A DNA stretch of 32,000 nucleotides from contig NZ_CP046027.1 of assembly GCF_009671065.1 (NCBI RefSeq), forward strand, positions 2,485,161 through 2,517,160, read 5' to 3'. The position numbers and the translations under genes are program-made. Shown piece by piece: positions 1 through 9,602 of the stretch (the first letter of the stretch is position 1; each line of letters opens with the position of its first letter). The notes under the pieces were generated by a model that did not search any database, had not been told where the DNA came from, and saw nothing but the letters and a program-made list of their open reading frames with translations. This DNA comes from Neisseria brasiliensis. Its GTDB lineage: Bacteria > Pseudomonadota > Gammaproteobacteria > Burkholderiales > Neisseriaceae.

Positions 1-2
1 AA

Positions 3-887
3 ATGGTGATTGAAGAATCTGCCGTACGCGATATCGTGCGTTATTACACGCGTGAGGCCGGTGTGCGCTCGCTTGACCGCGAAATTGCCAAAATCTGCCG
101 CAAAGTGGTGATGGCGGTGCAACTGAAAGAAGATGCACAAAAAGCCAAAACCCGCAAAACCAAACTGAAAGCGATTGTGGTGAATGCCGATAATCTGCAT
201 GATTATCTAGGTGTGCGCCGTTTTGATTTCGGTGTGGCTGAGAATGAAAACCGTGTGGGTCAGGTAACCGGTTTGGCGTGGACGGAAGTTGGCGGCGAAT
301 TGTTGACCGTAGAAGCCGTGGCTTTGCCGGGTAAAGGCAACATTCAATCGACCGGCCAATTGGGCGATGTGATGAAGGAGTCGGTGACTGCGGCTTGGTC
401 GGTATTGCGTTCACGCGCCGAGTCAGTCGGTTTGGCGCCGAACTTCTACGAGAAGCAAGATATGCACGTGCATGTACCGGAAGGTGCTACGCCGAAAGAC
501 GGCCCGAGCGCAGGTATTGCCATGACTTTGGCGATGGTTTCTGCGTTTACCGGCATTCCGGTGCGCGCTGATGTGGCGATGACGGGCGAGATTACCTTGC
601 GCGGCGAAGTATTGCCGATTGGCGGCTTGAAAGAGAAACTGCTGGCGGCATTGCGCGGCGGTATCAAGCATGTGTTGATTCCGAAAGACAACATTAAAGA
701 CTTGGAAGAAATTCCGGAAAATGTGAAAACCGGTTTGGAAATCCATCCTGTGAAATGGATTGACGAAGTGTTGGCTTTAGGTTTGGAATATCAGCCGCAG
801 CCTTGGCAAGCACCGTTGGAAAGCGTGGAGGCCTTGGCCGAAAGCCCGAAAATCAGGCCGTCAAGAGCCAAAGCGACAAAACACTGA
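3..887 (+). CDS. lon: Lon protease, C-terminal part (5' end outside window)
   Basis: The ORF is open from the window edge. It contains the Lon proteolytic-domain motifs (DGPSAGIAM with the catalytic Ser, [22 protein letters not shown]). The lon-hupB synteny matches enterobacteria. Confidence 0.95.
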   Translation: MVIEESAVRDIVRYYTREAGVRSLDREIAKICRKVVMAVQLKEDAQKAKTRKTKLKAIVVNADNLHDYLGVRRFDFGVAENENRVGQVTGLAWTEVGGELLTVEAVALPGKGNIQSTGQLGDVMKESVTAAWSVLRSRAESVGLAPNFYEKQDMHVHVPEGATPKDGPSAGIAMTLAMVSAFTGIPVRADVAMTGEITLRGEVLPIGGLKEKLLAALRGGIKHVLIPKDNIKDLEEIPENVKTGLEIHPVKWIDEVLALGLEYQPQPWQAPLESVEALAESPKIRPSRAKATKH

Positions 888-965
888 TTTGGTGTAAATG
901 TGTTGTAAAAGAATACGGGTTTGCTTGCAAAGCCTGAAAAATAAAGCAATTCCGTATCTTTTCGC

Positions 966-995
966 TTGACATGGTAATTTCAGAATTGCTATAAA
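966..995 (+). promoter_or_regulatory. Putative sigma70 promoter for hupB (TTGACA, 18 nt spacer, TATAAA)
   Basis: TTGACA at 966-971 and TATAAA at 990-995, about 80 nt upstream of the hupB start. This is a motif match only. Confidence 0.35.
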
Positions 996-1073
996 GCACA
1001 CAGGTACTCAAAAGTACGAAAAGCCCGAATCATCGGGTTCTCCATTATTTTCAACGATAGGAAGGGACTGATT

Positions 1074-1343
1074 GTGAACAAGTCTGAATTAATCGAAGCG
1101 ATTGCTCAAGAAGCTGGTATTTCAAAAGCGGCTGCCCAAAAAGCATTGGATGCGACTACTAATGCCGTAACCGAAGCGCTGAAAAAAGGTGACACTGTCA
1201 CTTTAGTAGGTTTTGGTACTTTCTACGTTGGCGAACGTGCCGAGCGTCAAGGTCGCAACCCTAAAACTGGCGAGCCTTTGACTATTGCTGCTGCTAAAAC
1301 TCCTAAATTCCGTGCCGGTAAAGCATTGAAAGACGCGCTGTAA
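1074..1343 (+). CDS. hupB: DNA-binding protein HU
   Basis: 89 aa, [11 protein letters not shown]...GFGTF...RNPKTGE...[12 protein letters not shown] is a canonical HU/IHF-fold sequence. GTG start preceded by GGAAGGGA. Confidence 0.93.
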   Translation: MNKSELIEAIAQEAGISKAAAQKALDATTNAVTEALKKGDTVTLVGFGTFYVGERAERQGRNPKTGEPLTIAAAKTPKFRAGKALKDAL

Positions 1344-1365
1344 TCTTTCATACGGCCTAATGCTC

Positions 1366-1396
1366 AAAACCGAATCTGATGATTCGGTTTTTTGTT
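1366..1396 (+). terminator. Rho-independent terminator after hupB
   Basis: Stem AAAACCGAATC / GATTCGGTTTT with a 4-nt loop, followed by a T-run. Confidence 0.7.
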
Positions 1397-1640
1397 TGGA
1401 TAAATAAAAGCCGAGACATTTGTAAAACCCTAGATTTGAGTACAGTTCAAAGTTGTAGCAGCATAAAAAGCGAAGACATATCACAAAAAGGCTAAGCTTT
1501 CGAGCAGCGCACAACGAAGAAATGTGCCAAAGATAGGGATTTTATAAAGGCCTCGCACCGTCTGAAAAATATACATACTTTCAGACGGCCTATTGAATTT
1601 TGCGTTACAATTGCATTAATCAAAAAAACAAGGCATCAAA

Positions 1641-2252
1641 ATGTTTACAGGTATTGTACAAGGCATGGGGCGCATTGTTGCGGTAAACCAACCATCGCCT
1701 GATTTCCGCACGCACATCGTCGAGCTGCCACTCAATATGGCCGATAATCTGCAAACCGGCGCATCCGTGGCCAACAACGGCTGTTGCCTAACCATTACCG
1801 AGATTGAGGCCAATCAAGTCAGCTTCGACTTAATGAACGAAACCTTGGCCAAAACAAATTTAGGCCGTCTGAAAGCAGGAGATTGGGTCAATTTGGAACG
1901 GGCGGCCAAGTTTGGCGACGAAATCGGCGGCCATGTGATGAGTGGGCATATTATGGCCACCACCACGATTACGCGCATTGATGAAAATGAATTTAACCGC
2001 ACGCTTTGGTTTCGCCTGCCTGCGGATTTGAAGCCTTATATCCTAACCAAAGGCTTTGTCGGCTTGGATGGTTGCAGTCTGACGATTGGCGACGTGACCG
2101 ACGATGAATTCAACGTCCACCTAATTCCCGAAACCTTAGAGTGCACCTTATTCGGTACGCGCCAAGTCGGCGATGAAATCAATATTGAAATCGACCCGCA
2201 AACACAAGCCATTGTCGATACCGTTTTGCGCGTGATGGCGCAACATCAATAA
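1641..2252 (+). CDS. ribE: Riboflavin synthase (alpha chain)
   Basis: MFTGIVQG N-terminus and internal duplication of the lumazine-binding repeat (GASVAxNGCCLT / GLDGCSLT). Confidence 0.93.
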   Translation: MFTGIVQGMGRIVAVNQPSPDFRTHIVELPLNMADNLQTGASVANNGCCLTITEIEANQVSFDLMNETLAKTNLGRLKAGDWVNLERAAKFGDEIGGHVMSGHIMATTTITRIDENEFNRTLWFRLPADLKPYILTKGFVGLDGCSLTIGDVTDDEFNVHLIPETLECTLFGTRQVGDEINIEIDPQTQAIVDTVLRVMAQHQ

Positions 2253-2275
2253 CAGGCCGTCTGAAAAGAAAAACT

Positions 2276-3142
2276 ATGGAACTTACTGAATTTTTGAAAA
2301 AAGCCGATGCGGTATTAAACCGCTTGGATTTGATTTTACCGTCAGAACAAACTGCCATTAATTGGAATGCGCTGGCTTACCGCTGGCAAAGTGTAGGGCT
2401 CAAAGGCGTATTGGAAAGCCTGCCCAATCCGCATACTTTCCCCCTCAGCCGCTTGGCAGCAGTCGGTTCGCAAACCGAGCGCTTGATTCGCAATACCGAG
2501 CAATTTTTGGCAGGCCGTCCGGCAAATAATGTGTTGATGACCGGTTCGCGCGGTACGGGCAAATCGTCGCTGGTGAAAGCTTTGCTACATGAGTATGCCG
2601 ATCAAGGTTTGCGTTTGGTTGAAGTGGATAAAAGCGATTTAATCACGCTGCCGGCATTGTTGCCACTTTTGGCCGAACGCCCGGAAAAATTCATTATTTT
2701 CTGCGACGATTTGTCGTTTGAAACCGGTGATGAAACCTATAAAGCATTGAAAACCACTTTAGATGGCGGCTTATCGCAACGATGCAGCAATGTGTTAGTG
2801 TATGCCACGTCCAACCGCCGTCACTTAATGCCTGAATACATGGATGAAAACGGCGGTACGACCGGTATTCGTGGTGAGATCCATCAAAAAGAAGCGGTAG
2901 AAGAAAAAGTGTCTTTATCCGACCGTTTTGGTTTGTGGCTGAGCTTTTATCCGTTTGATCAGAATGATTATTTGCAGGCGGTGGAAAATTGGCTGGTCGA
3001 CTTTGGCGTGGAATACGATGAAACTGCCAAAAAAGCAGCTTTATTGTGGGCACAAATGCGCAGCAACCGATCCGGCCGCTCGGCATGGCAATTTGCCTGT
3101 GATTGGGCAGGGCGTTTGCCAGAGCAACGGGTAATCGACTAA
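2276..3142 (+). CDS. P-loop ATPase of the DUF815 family
   Basis: Walker A GSRGTGKSS and Walker B IIFCDDLSF. The length and overall pattern are typical of DUF815 AAA-like proteins (assigned from memory). Confidence 0.75.
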   Translation: MELTEFLKKADAVLNRLDLILPSEQTAINWNALAYRWQSVGLKGVLESLPNPHTFPLSRLAAVGSQTERLIRNTEQFLAGRPANNVLMTGSRGTGKSSLVKALLHEYADQGLRLVEVDKSDLITLPALLPLLAERPEKFIIFCDDLSFETGDETYKALKTTLDGGLSQRCSNVLVYATSNRRHLMPEYMDENGGTTGIRGEIHQKEAVEEKVSLSDRFGLWLSFYPFDQNDYLQAVENWLVDFGVEYDETAKKAALLWAQMRSNRSGRSAWQFACDWAGRLPEQRVID

Positions 3143-3146
3143 AACA

Positions 3147-3173
3147 AAAGGCACTTGAAAAAGTGCCTTTGTT
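3147..3173. terminator. Hairpin terminator between convergent genes
   Basis: AAAGGCACTT GAAA AAGTGCCTTT is a perfect 10-bp stem between the DUF815 gene (+) and the Spy/CpxP-like gene (-). Confidence 0.6.
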
Positions 3174-3192
3174 GATTGCCTGTTCGGTAAAA

Positions 3193-3624
3193 TTAGCGCA
3201 AGCAGCTATCCAGCCAAATTTGGCGCTGGCTCGGGCTTAACAAATGATAAATTCGGTGTTGAATCGCCAATTGGTCCACGGCAAAATCCATGCGCGACAG
3301 ATAACGGCTTTCCACATAATCGCGCGCGTTGTTTTGATCAAAATTAGGATTGGTCAAAATTTTCATAATGTTGCGGCGGCGTGTGCGGTCGGTGCGCTGT
3401 TCTTTTTTGTAGGCTTTGTCGGCGGCGACTTTATAATCGGAGCGGATACGACGCAGCGCAGAATGCTGCTCTTGGCTGAGATTCAATTGGCGGAAATTGC
3501 AATTAGGATGAAAATCATCCAATTGTGAAGCGTGGGGCGCGGCATAAATCACACTACTGCACACCAACAGAGCAGCAAACGATAAAACCTGAAAAACTAA
3601 AGGGGATTTCAACACAACAAACAC
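3193..3624 (-). CDS. Periplasmic Spy/CpxP-family (LTxxQ-motif) protein
   Basis: Signal peptide (…LLVCSSVIYA/AP), LSQEQ and LSPSQ repeats of LTxxQ type, about 140 aa. GTG start with AGGAAA upstream. Confidence 0.55.
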   Translation of the reverse strand: MFVVLKSPLVFQVLSFAALLVCSSVIYAAPHASQLDDFHPNCNFRQLNLSQEQHSALRRIRSDYKVAADKAYKKEQRTDRTRRRNIMKILTNPNFDQNNARDYVESRYLSRMDFAVDQLAIQHRIYHLLSPSQRQIWLDSCLR

Positions 3625-3901
3625 AGCAATTTCCTAATTTTGAATACATATGCAATATAACGGATATGCATGTCAACGGCGGTTTCATACGCGTTAATTT
3701 TGGTTGGATTATCGTTAATTATAAATTAACAAACACTAATGTATGCTTTATTTTCAGTAGGTTATAAATCATGTAATTATTTTTTCAGAAACGTTGCATT
3801 TATTCATTAAGATTTTAAATAAATACATAATATGCTGATTTGCGTTAAAATAAACGTCAACCATCAGCCACACTCATCAAATTTTAAATTTTGGAGCATC
3901 T

Positions 3902-4579
3902 ATGAGCCACTATCGTATTTCCCCGAGCATTCTTTCTGCCGATTTTGCCCGATTGGGTGAAGAAGTCAGCAACGTCATTGCAGCAGGTGCCGATTTGATT
4001 CACTTTGACGTGATGGATAACCATTATGTGCCGAATCTCACCTTTGGCCCGATGATTTGTTCGGCATTGAAACCATATGCCAGTGTGCCGATTGATGTGC
4101 ATTTGATGGTTGAGCCGGTAGATGATTTGATTCAATCCTTTGCCAAAGCCGGCGCCAGCATCATTACTTTTCACCCAGAAGCCAGCAAACACGTTGACCG
4201 CAGCTTAAGCCTGATTCGTGATTTGGGCTGCCAAGCCGGTTTGGTATTGAATCCGGCCACTTCGGTGAGCGGGTTGGAAAATGTTTTGGATCGTTTGGAC
4301 ATGGTGTTGTTGATGTCGGTGAATCCGGGCTTTGGCGGACAAAGCTTTATCCCGCAAACCTTGGTGAAAATCCGCCAAGTGCGCGCTATGTTAGACAAAT
4401 ATGAAGCAGAAACCGGCCGACGCATTGCGCTGGAAGTTGATGGCGGCGTAAAAGTGGATAATATTGCCGAGATTGCTGCTGCTGGTGCGGATACCTTTGT
4501 GGCCGGTTCGGCTATTTTTGGCAAACCGGATTATAAAGCGGTAATTGATCAAATGCGTGAAGAATTGGCGCGTGTGTGA
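3902..4579 (+). CDS. rpe: Ribulose-phosphate 3-epimerase
   Basis: [16 protein letters not shown]...[17 protein letters not shown]...[11 protein letters not shown] are canonical Rpe motifs. Confidence 0.95.
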   Translation: MSHYRISPSILSADFARLGEEVSNVIAAGADLIHFDVMDNHYVPNLTFGPMICSALKPYASVPIDVHLMVEPVDDLIQSFAKAGASIITFHPEASKHVDRSLSLIRDLGCQAGLVLNPATSVSGLENVLDRLDMVLLMSVNPGFGGQSFIPQTLVKIRQVRAMLDKYEAETGRRIALEVDGGVKVDNIAEIAAAGADTFVAGSAIFGKPDYKAVIDQMREELARV

Positions 4580-4589
4580 ATCAATAAAA

Positions 4590-4620
4590 ATAGGCCGTCT
4601 GAAATATTCAGACGGCCTAT
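4590..4620. terminator. Inverted DUS pair forming a bidirectional terminator (rpe / efp)
   Basis: ATAGGCCGTCTGAA ATA TTCAGACGGCCTAT is a perfect palindrome built from two AG-DUS copies (4592-4603 and 4607-4618) between convergent genes. Confidence 0.8.
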
Positions 4621-4640
4621 TTTTATTTTAAATCAGATAA

Positions 4641-5201
4641 TTAAGCACGTTTGCGGAATTCACCGGTGCGGGTATCGATTTCGACTTTGTCGCCGGTTTC
4701 GATGTACGCCATTACTTGGATTTCGGTGCCGCCAACCAAGCGGGCAGTTTTCATCACTTTACCTGAAGTATCGCCTTTAACCGCAGGCTCGGTGTATTCT
4801 ACTTCGCGCACGATGATGGTTGGCAATTCAACAGAAATCGGGTTGCCTTCGTAGAAGGTCACTTCGCATTGGTCTTCCATGCCGTCAACGATGAATTTCA
4901 ATGCGTCGCCGATGTTTTCAGCTTCGATTTCGTATTGGTTGAATTCTTCGTCCATGAAGACATACATTGGGTCAGCAAAGTAGCTGTAAGTACAGTTTTT
5001 GCGTGACAATACCACGACGTCGAATTTGTCGTCGGCTTTAACGATGGTTTCAGAAGCCGCACCGGTCAGCAGGTTTTTCAACTTCATGCTGACTTTGGCT
5101 GAGCTGCGGCCACCTTTGATGTATTCGGTTTTTTGTACCACCATTGGGTCGCTGCCGACCATGAATACGTTACCCGGGCGCAGTTCTTGAGCTGTTTTCA
5201 T
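4641..5201 (-). CDS. efp: Elongation factor P (Arg32 type)
   Basis: 186 aa, full-length EF-P pattern. The loop is YIKGGRSSA with Arg at position 32 instead of the Lys34 type. Confidence 0.97.
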   Translation of the reverse strand: MKTAQELRPGNVFMVGSDPMVVQKTEYIKGGRSSAKVSMKLKNLLTGAASETIVKADDKFDVVVLSRKNCTYSYFADPMYVFMDEEFNQYEIEAENIGDALKFIVDGMEDQCEVTFYEGNPISVELPTIIVREVEYTEPAVKGDTSGKVMKTARLVGGTEIQVMAYIETGDKVEIDTRTGEFRKRA

Positions 5202-5241
5202 TGTGTGTTTCCAATCAGATTCTAGTTACAAAATAAACGCG

Positions 5242-6408
5242 CTATTTTAGCGTATTTGAAACAAATTTGGCTAGTTTTTCCAGCGCGGTTGGTTGGGAAA
5301 ACAAAAATTTCTGCCAATCTGCGACACTTTGCTGCCATTCTTCTCGGTGTGCCATCAGCGTTTGCCAAGCGTGGAGACGCTGTTCGGCCGATAATTCATG
5401 TGCACCATTGAGTTCATCGGATAAGGATTGATGTGCGGCCATAAGATGGGGCGGATAAAACGGCGCGGTTTTCTGCCAAAACGCATGCAGCTTTTCCAAA
5501 TGTACCATTTCGTCTTGCGGATAAATGTGCCAGAAAAACGGCTTTGCCGCCAATTGCGCGCGCACGAAGCTGTCTTCGCCGCGAATCATCAGGCCGTCTG
5601 AAAGCTGCAACAGCTTGTCGAAATCTTGTTGCGGCACAAAAGGAATGCTAACCAGCGTGACACAGGCCGTCTGAAATGTATCGCAGGCGTGCTGTAAAGC
5701 GTTTTGGGGAATGGCTTGCGCTGCTTTCAGGCTGTCGATGATTTGATGACCGGCCAACAGCAGCGTAATAGGCTGGCCGTGTTGCTGCCACATTTCCAGC
5801 CAGCTTGCCCAAACCGGGCTGCGATAGCCGAACAATAACCATTCTTCGGCAGTTTTAGCGGGTAAGCCATAATGCCGTCTGAACAGGTTGGCATCAAAGT
5901 CAATACGTTGGCAAAAATCGGCTTCGCGTATCAGGCCGCCGCTTTTTTTGCTGAAGCCCATAAACCAGAAAAATTTCTGCACACCGTTGGCTTGCACCGA
6001 TGGCAGCAAATGCAGGCGCTCGTTGCTGTCTTCCGCGCTCAAGTATTCCCAGTTGAGCCAAAGGGGACGGTATTGCTGAATGATGGTTAAAACATTTTCC
6101 GGCAGGTCGCAGGCGAAGGTTTCGATGACGATGTGCGGCGAGGGCAGGGTGGTGACATCATTGGCGGATTGTGCCGCCCATTTATGCACGGCAATATTTT
6201 GATGCACGCAGGGAACGGCCGGCAAATCAGGGCAGATCGCCTGTAAAGCGGACACATCGTCCACCCACAAATGCACCTGCCAATCCAGTTCTTGATGAAG
6301 TGCCTGTGCCAAACGCCACGACACACCAATGTCGCCGAAATTATCAATGACATTGCAAAACAGCCAGCAGGATTTTTTTTCAGACGGCCTGATTATTTCA
6401 TTATTCAT
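5242..6408 (-). CDS. earP: EF-P arginine-32 rhamnosyltransferase EarP (DUF2331)
   Basis: The N-terminal CWLFCNVIDNFGDIGVSWRLAQAL motif is typical of EarP. The gene lies immediately upstream of an Arg32 efp, the conserved arrangement in beta-proteobacteria. Confidence 0.85.
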   Translation of the reverse strand: MNNEIIRPSEKKSCWLFCNVIDNFGDIGVSWRLAQALHQELDWQVHLWVDDVSALQAICPDLPAVPCVHQNIAVHKWAAQSANDVTTLPSPHIVIETFACDLPENVLTIIQQYRPLWLNWEYLSAEDSNERLHLLPSVQANGVQKFFWFMGFSKKSGGLIREADFCQRIDFDANLFRRHYGLPAKTAEEWLLFGYRSPVWASWLEMWQQHGQPITLLLAGHQIIDSLKAAQAIPQNALQHACDTFQTACVTLVSIPFVPQQDFDKLLQLSDGLMIRGEDSFVRAQLAAKPFFWHIYPQDEMVHLEKLHAFWQKTAPFYPPHLMAAHQSLSDELNGAHELSAEQRLHAWQTLMAHREEWQQSVADWQKFLFSQPTALEKLAKFVSNTLK

Positions 6409-6532
6409 AAATTATGTTCACAAATCAGCAATGGTGCTGGGGTAAAATATTATGCGGTTACCCAAATCAGATTTTGATAATTTAACGATTAAAGACAATT
6501 GCTTAAATAGTTAAGCTGTAGTGTTTTGTAAC

Positions 6533-6546
6533 TTGATTTATATCAA
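6533..6546 (+). promoter_or_regulatory. Consensus FNR box TTGAT-TTAT-ATCAA upstream of grcA
   Basis: Perfect match to TTGAT-N4-ATCAA. A TAAAAT -10 candidate at 6568-6573 would place the box near -41.5 (class II geometry). E. coli grcA/yfiD is FNR-activated. Confidence 0.6.
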
Positions 6547-6620
6547 TTTCTTTTCGGGTATAGGGTATAAAATAAGGCTGAATTAAGATTTTTTCTACAT
6601 TAATGAAAGAGAAGGTAGTT

Positions 6621-7010
6621 ATGGTTAAAGGTATTCAAATTACACAAGCGCAAAACGAAGCATTGTTGAACTCATTCTGGTTGCTGGACGACAGCACCAA
6701 CGAAGCCCGTTGCTTGGTGGCAAAAGAGGAGAGTGGCTATCAAGCCGATGCTGTAGTGGCTTTGGCTGATTTGGGCGAAGTGTCTTACAAAGAAATTCCG
6801 CTGGACGTGAGCGCGCGTCCTAAAGTGGAAGGCGGCCAACATTTGAACGTCAATGTTTTGACCCGCGAGACTTTGGAAGATGCCGTAGCCAATCCGGACA
6901 AATATCCGCAATTGACCATCCGCGTTTCCGGCTATGCTGTGCGTTTCAATTCTTTGACGCCTGAACAACAACGCGACGTGATTACCCGCACATTCACCAA
7001 CAGCCTGTAA
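6621..7010 (+). CDS. grcA: Autonomous glycyl radical cofactor GrcA (YfiD)
   Basis: MVKGIQIT...GGQHLNVNV...[29 protein letters not shown] is near-identical in pattern to E. coli GrcA. The start is moved to the internal Met (6621) by comparison with the MITGIQIT N-terminus. Confidence 0.92.
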   Translation: MVKGIQITQAQNEALLNSFWLLDDSTNEARCLVAKEESGYQADAVVALADLGEVSYKEIPLDVSARPKVEGGQHLNVNVLTRETLEDAVANPDKYPQLTIRVSGYAVRFNSLTPEQQRDVITRTFTNSL

Positions 7011-7027
7011 TTGCTTTAAGGTGTATC

Positions 7028-7060
7028 AAAGGCCGTCTGAATTTTTTCAGACGGCCTTTT
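7028..7060. terminator. Inverted DUS pair terminator after grcA
   Basis: AAAGGCCGTCTGAA TTTT TTCAGACGGCCTTTT, with DUS copies at 7030-7041 and 7046-7057. Confidence 0.8.
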
Positions 7061-7063
7061 GTA

Positions 7064-7348
7064 TTAAAAACCACCGAAGTAATGCACCAAATAAATAATC
7101 AGCAACACAATCGGGATAAACAGCAACATGGTTTTGCGCTTTAATTCAAGTTCCCCTTTCAAATGATGCTTAATCACGTCAAAAAGCACGAATTTGAATA
7201 AAAACGTCGCTTCGCAAGCCAGAATAATGCCGTTAATCAGATATTGCGTATGATCCGGCGGCGGAATCAACACAAAAGCCAGCATAGTGATGAGCGGAAT
7301 CAGGCACACAATCAGCCAGCGAATCAGCAAACCTTTGGAATCATTCAT
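7064..7348 (-). CDS. Small integral membrane protein, unknown function
   Basis: 94 aa with three hydrophobic segments. No recognisable motif. Confidence 0.5.
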   Translation of the reverse strand: MNDSKGLLIRWLIVCLIPLITMLAFVLIPPPDHTQYLINGIILACEATFLFKFVLFDVIKHHLKGELELKRKTMLLFIPIVLLIIYLVHYFGGF

Positions 7349-7693
7349 TGTTCAATCAAAACCGCAGTATTTCAATAAAGGCGTATTATTCACGCAAGTG
7401 GCGGAATCGTCTAGTAGCATTTGTCATTAATCACATTAAAAAGAAGAGGCCGTCTGAAACTGATTTAGCCAAAATCAGCGCCGTCTATTTACTTTGGAGA
7501 ATGGTTTGTCGTGTGCGGTGGCACTAAAATCCCGTTCCATTAAGCCGTTCAGACGGCATTCTTTACACTTTGAAAGCTTTGTTATATAGTTTGTAGCGCT
7601 ATGTTATTTTAAGGCCGTCTGAAAAACAGATTGCCGATTTTTAGTTTAAAAAACAGCGACCACGCTCAAGATCCAAACCAAAGGAGAAAGCAA

Positions 7694-9214
7694 ATGATTA
7701 ATGCAGAAGAACGCATCCAGCACGAAGGCTTGCGCAACAAGATTATGTCTGCCGAGCAAGCAGCCGAATTTGTTCAAAACGGCATGAATGTTGCCATTAC
7801 CGGCTTTACCGGCGCAGGCTATCCGAAACTTCTGCCGACTGCCATTGCAGAAAAAGCCAAAGCCGAACACGCTGCCGGCCGCCCATTCAGTATCGGCATG
7901 ATTACCGGCGCCTCAACCGCGCCTGAGTGTGATGGTGTATTGGCCGCTGCCAATGCTGTGCATTTCCGCAATCCTTTCCAATCAGACCCATCACTGCGCA
8001 ACAGCATCAACGCCGGTAACATCGCTTACCAAGACATGCACTTGTCGCACGTTGAGCAACAAATGCGCCAAGGTTTCTATGGCGATTTTGATTTGGCGAT
8101 TATCGAAGTATCCGGTATTACCAAAGAAGGTAAATTGATTCCGGCCATGGGTATCGGCCACGGTAACGAAGCGCTGAAAGCCGCGAAAAAAGTTATTATT
8201 GAAGTTAACGCCGCACAAAATGCCAAATTGGAAGGCATGCACGACGTGGTGTTCGATATCGGCGTGCCGCCGCACCGCAAACCAATCGCCATCACCGGCC
8301 CGTTCGACCGCGTGGGTTCGCCTTATTTGGAATGTCCGGAAGAGAAAATCGCCGCCATCGTGTTGACCGACGCGGGTGACCGCAACAGCAAATTCGCTGA
8401 TCCTGATGAAAACTCAAAAGCGATTGCCGCGCAAATCATCGATTTCTTCAGCCACGAAGTCAAAGCAGGCCGCTTGCCGAAAAATCTGCTGCCTTTGCAA
8501 TCAGGCGTCGGCAACGTCGCCAATGCCGTGATGGCGGGCTTGTTGGATGCACCGTTTGACGATTTGACCGGTTACACCGAAGTATTGCAAGATGGTATGT
8601 TAGACTTGATTTTGGCCGGCAAAATGCAACACGCATCAGCCACCGCCTTGTCATTCAGCCCGGATGCATTGCAACGCTTTAACGATAACATCGACTTCCT
8701 GCGCGACAAACTGATTCTGCGCCCGATGGAATACACCAACAATCCTGAAGTCATCCGCCGCTTGGGCATCATCGGCATGAACGCTATGATTGAAGCCGAC
8801 ATCTACGGCAACGTAAACTCCACCCACGTGATGGGTACCAAAATGATGAACGGCATCGGTGGCTCAGGCGACTTTACCCGTAATGCCTTCTTCTCATTCT
8901 TCGTATCGCCATCTGTGGCCAAAGACGGCGCGATTTCATGTATCGTACCAATGGTTTCACACCACGACCATACCGAACACGACGTGATGTTTATCGTTAC
9001 GGAGCAAGGTATGGCCGATTTGCGCGGCAAATCACCACGCCAACGCGCTCAATTGATTATCAACAACTGTGCGCACCCAGAATACCGCGACATGTTGCGT
9101 GACTACTACGACCGCGCCGAAAAAGCAGGTGGCCTACACACACCACACCTGTTGATGGAAGCCTTGTCATGGCACCAACGTTTTGTTGAAACCGGCGACA
9201 TGCGTATCAAATAA
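7694..9214 (+). CDS. Acetyl-CoA hydrolase/transferase family protein (succinate/acetate CoA-transferase-like)
   Basis: About 506 aa with family pattern (GFTGAGYPK, GMNAMIEADIYGNVNSTH, GGSGDF). ATG at 7694 follows AAGGAGA. The TTG start at 7631 in the ORF track is unlikely. Confidence 0.88.
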   Translation: MINAEERIQHEGLRNKIMSAEQAAEFVQNGMNVAITGFTGAGYPKLLPTAIAEKAKAEHAAGRPFSIGMITGASTAPECDGVLAAANAVHFRNPFQSDPSLRNSINAGNIAYQDMHLSHVEQQMRQGFYGDFDLAIIEVSGITKEGKLIPAMGIGHGNEALKAAKKVIIEVNAAQNAKLEGMHDVVFDIGVPPHRKPIAITGPFDRVGSPYLECPEEKIAAIVLTDAGDRNSKFADPDENSKAIAAQIIDFFSHEVKAGRLPKNLLPLQSGVGNVANAVMAGLLDAPFDDLTGYTEVLQDGMLDLILAGKMQHASATALSFSPDALQRFNDNIDFLRDKLILRPMEYTNNPEVIRRLGIIGMNAMIEADIYGNVNSTHVMGTKMMNGIGGSGDFTRNAFFSFFVSPSVAKDGAISCIVPMVSHHDHTEHDVMFIVTEQGMADLRGKSPRQRAQLIINNCAHPEYRDMLRDYYDRAEKAGGLHTPHLLMEALSWHQRFVETGDMRIK

Positions 9215-9240
9215 AATGAAGTAAACCTTCATTGAAAAAA

Positions 9241-9270
9241 GCAGCTTGATGTTTTCAAGCTGCTTTTTAT
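9241..9270 (+). terminator. Rho-independent terminator after the CoA-transferase gene
   Basis: GCAGCTTGA TGTTT TCAAGCTGC followed by TTTTT. Confidence 0.7.
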
Positions 9271-9602
9271 TTGTGAATTTGATGATAAAGAGTAGGTCGG
9301 ATACTTGTATCCGACATTAAGCGTATTCTTAGCTAGAAACCAAATAAAAAATTCCTAAGCCCCTAACATAATATACAATATTTACCAGGATTGGATGAGT
9401 TGAGATAAAATGCTGTTTAATATTGGACTTTTCACTCCTTGTGTTTTAAATCTATACCTTCCCAGAGTACAAATTTAAATTACTGCTTAAGATTTAACTT
9501 GAAATTTATTATATTGTATTAGAGATAAAGAAGTTGCTCAATAGGTTGAATTTTATGAAAAATAAATTTACGCTGTAACCTCTCTGGGGAAGTAAAGGAT
9601 TT

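Noticed and set aside
1400-1640. Possible FMN riboswitch upstream of ribE
   Set aside because: I could not find the conserved FMN-element core sequences. The region instead holds a DUS-type inverted repeat (about 1550-1591) and AT-rich spacer.
7631-7693. TTG start at 7631 for the CoA-transferase ORF
   Set aside because: It overlaps a DUS and has no RBS. The ATG at 7694 is preceded by AAGGAGA and gives the usual family length.
9296-9315. The GTCGGATAC-TTG-TATCCGAC palindrome as an att site or repeat family
   Set aside because: There is only one copy in the window and no matching sequence near the other island features. It is noted under the boundary finding but not called as a feature.
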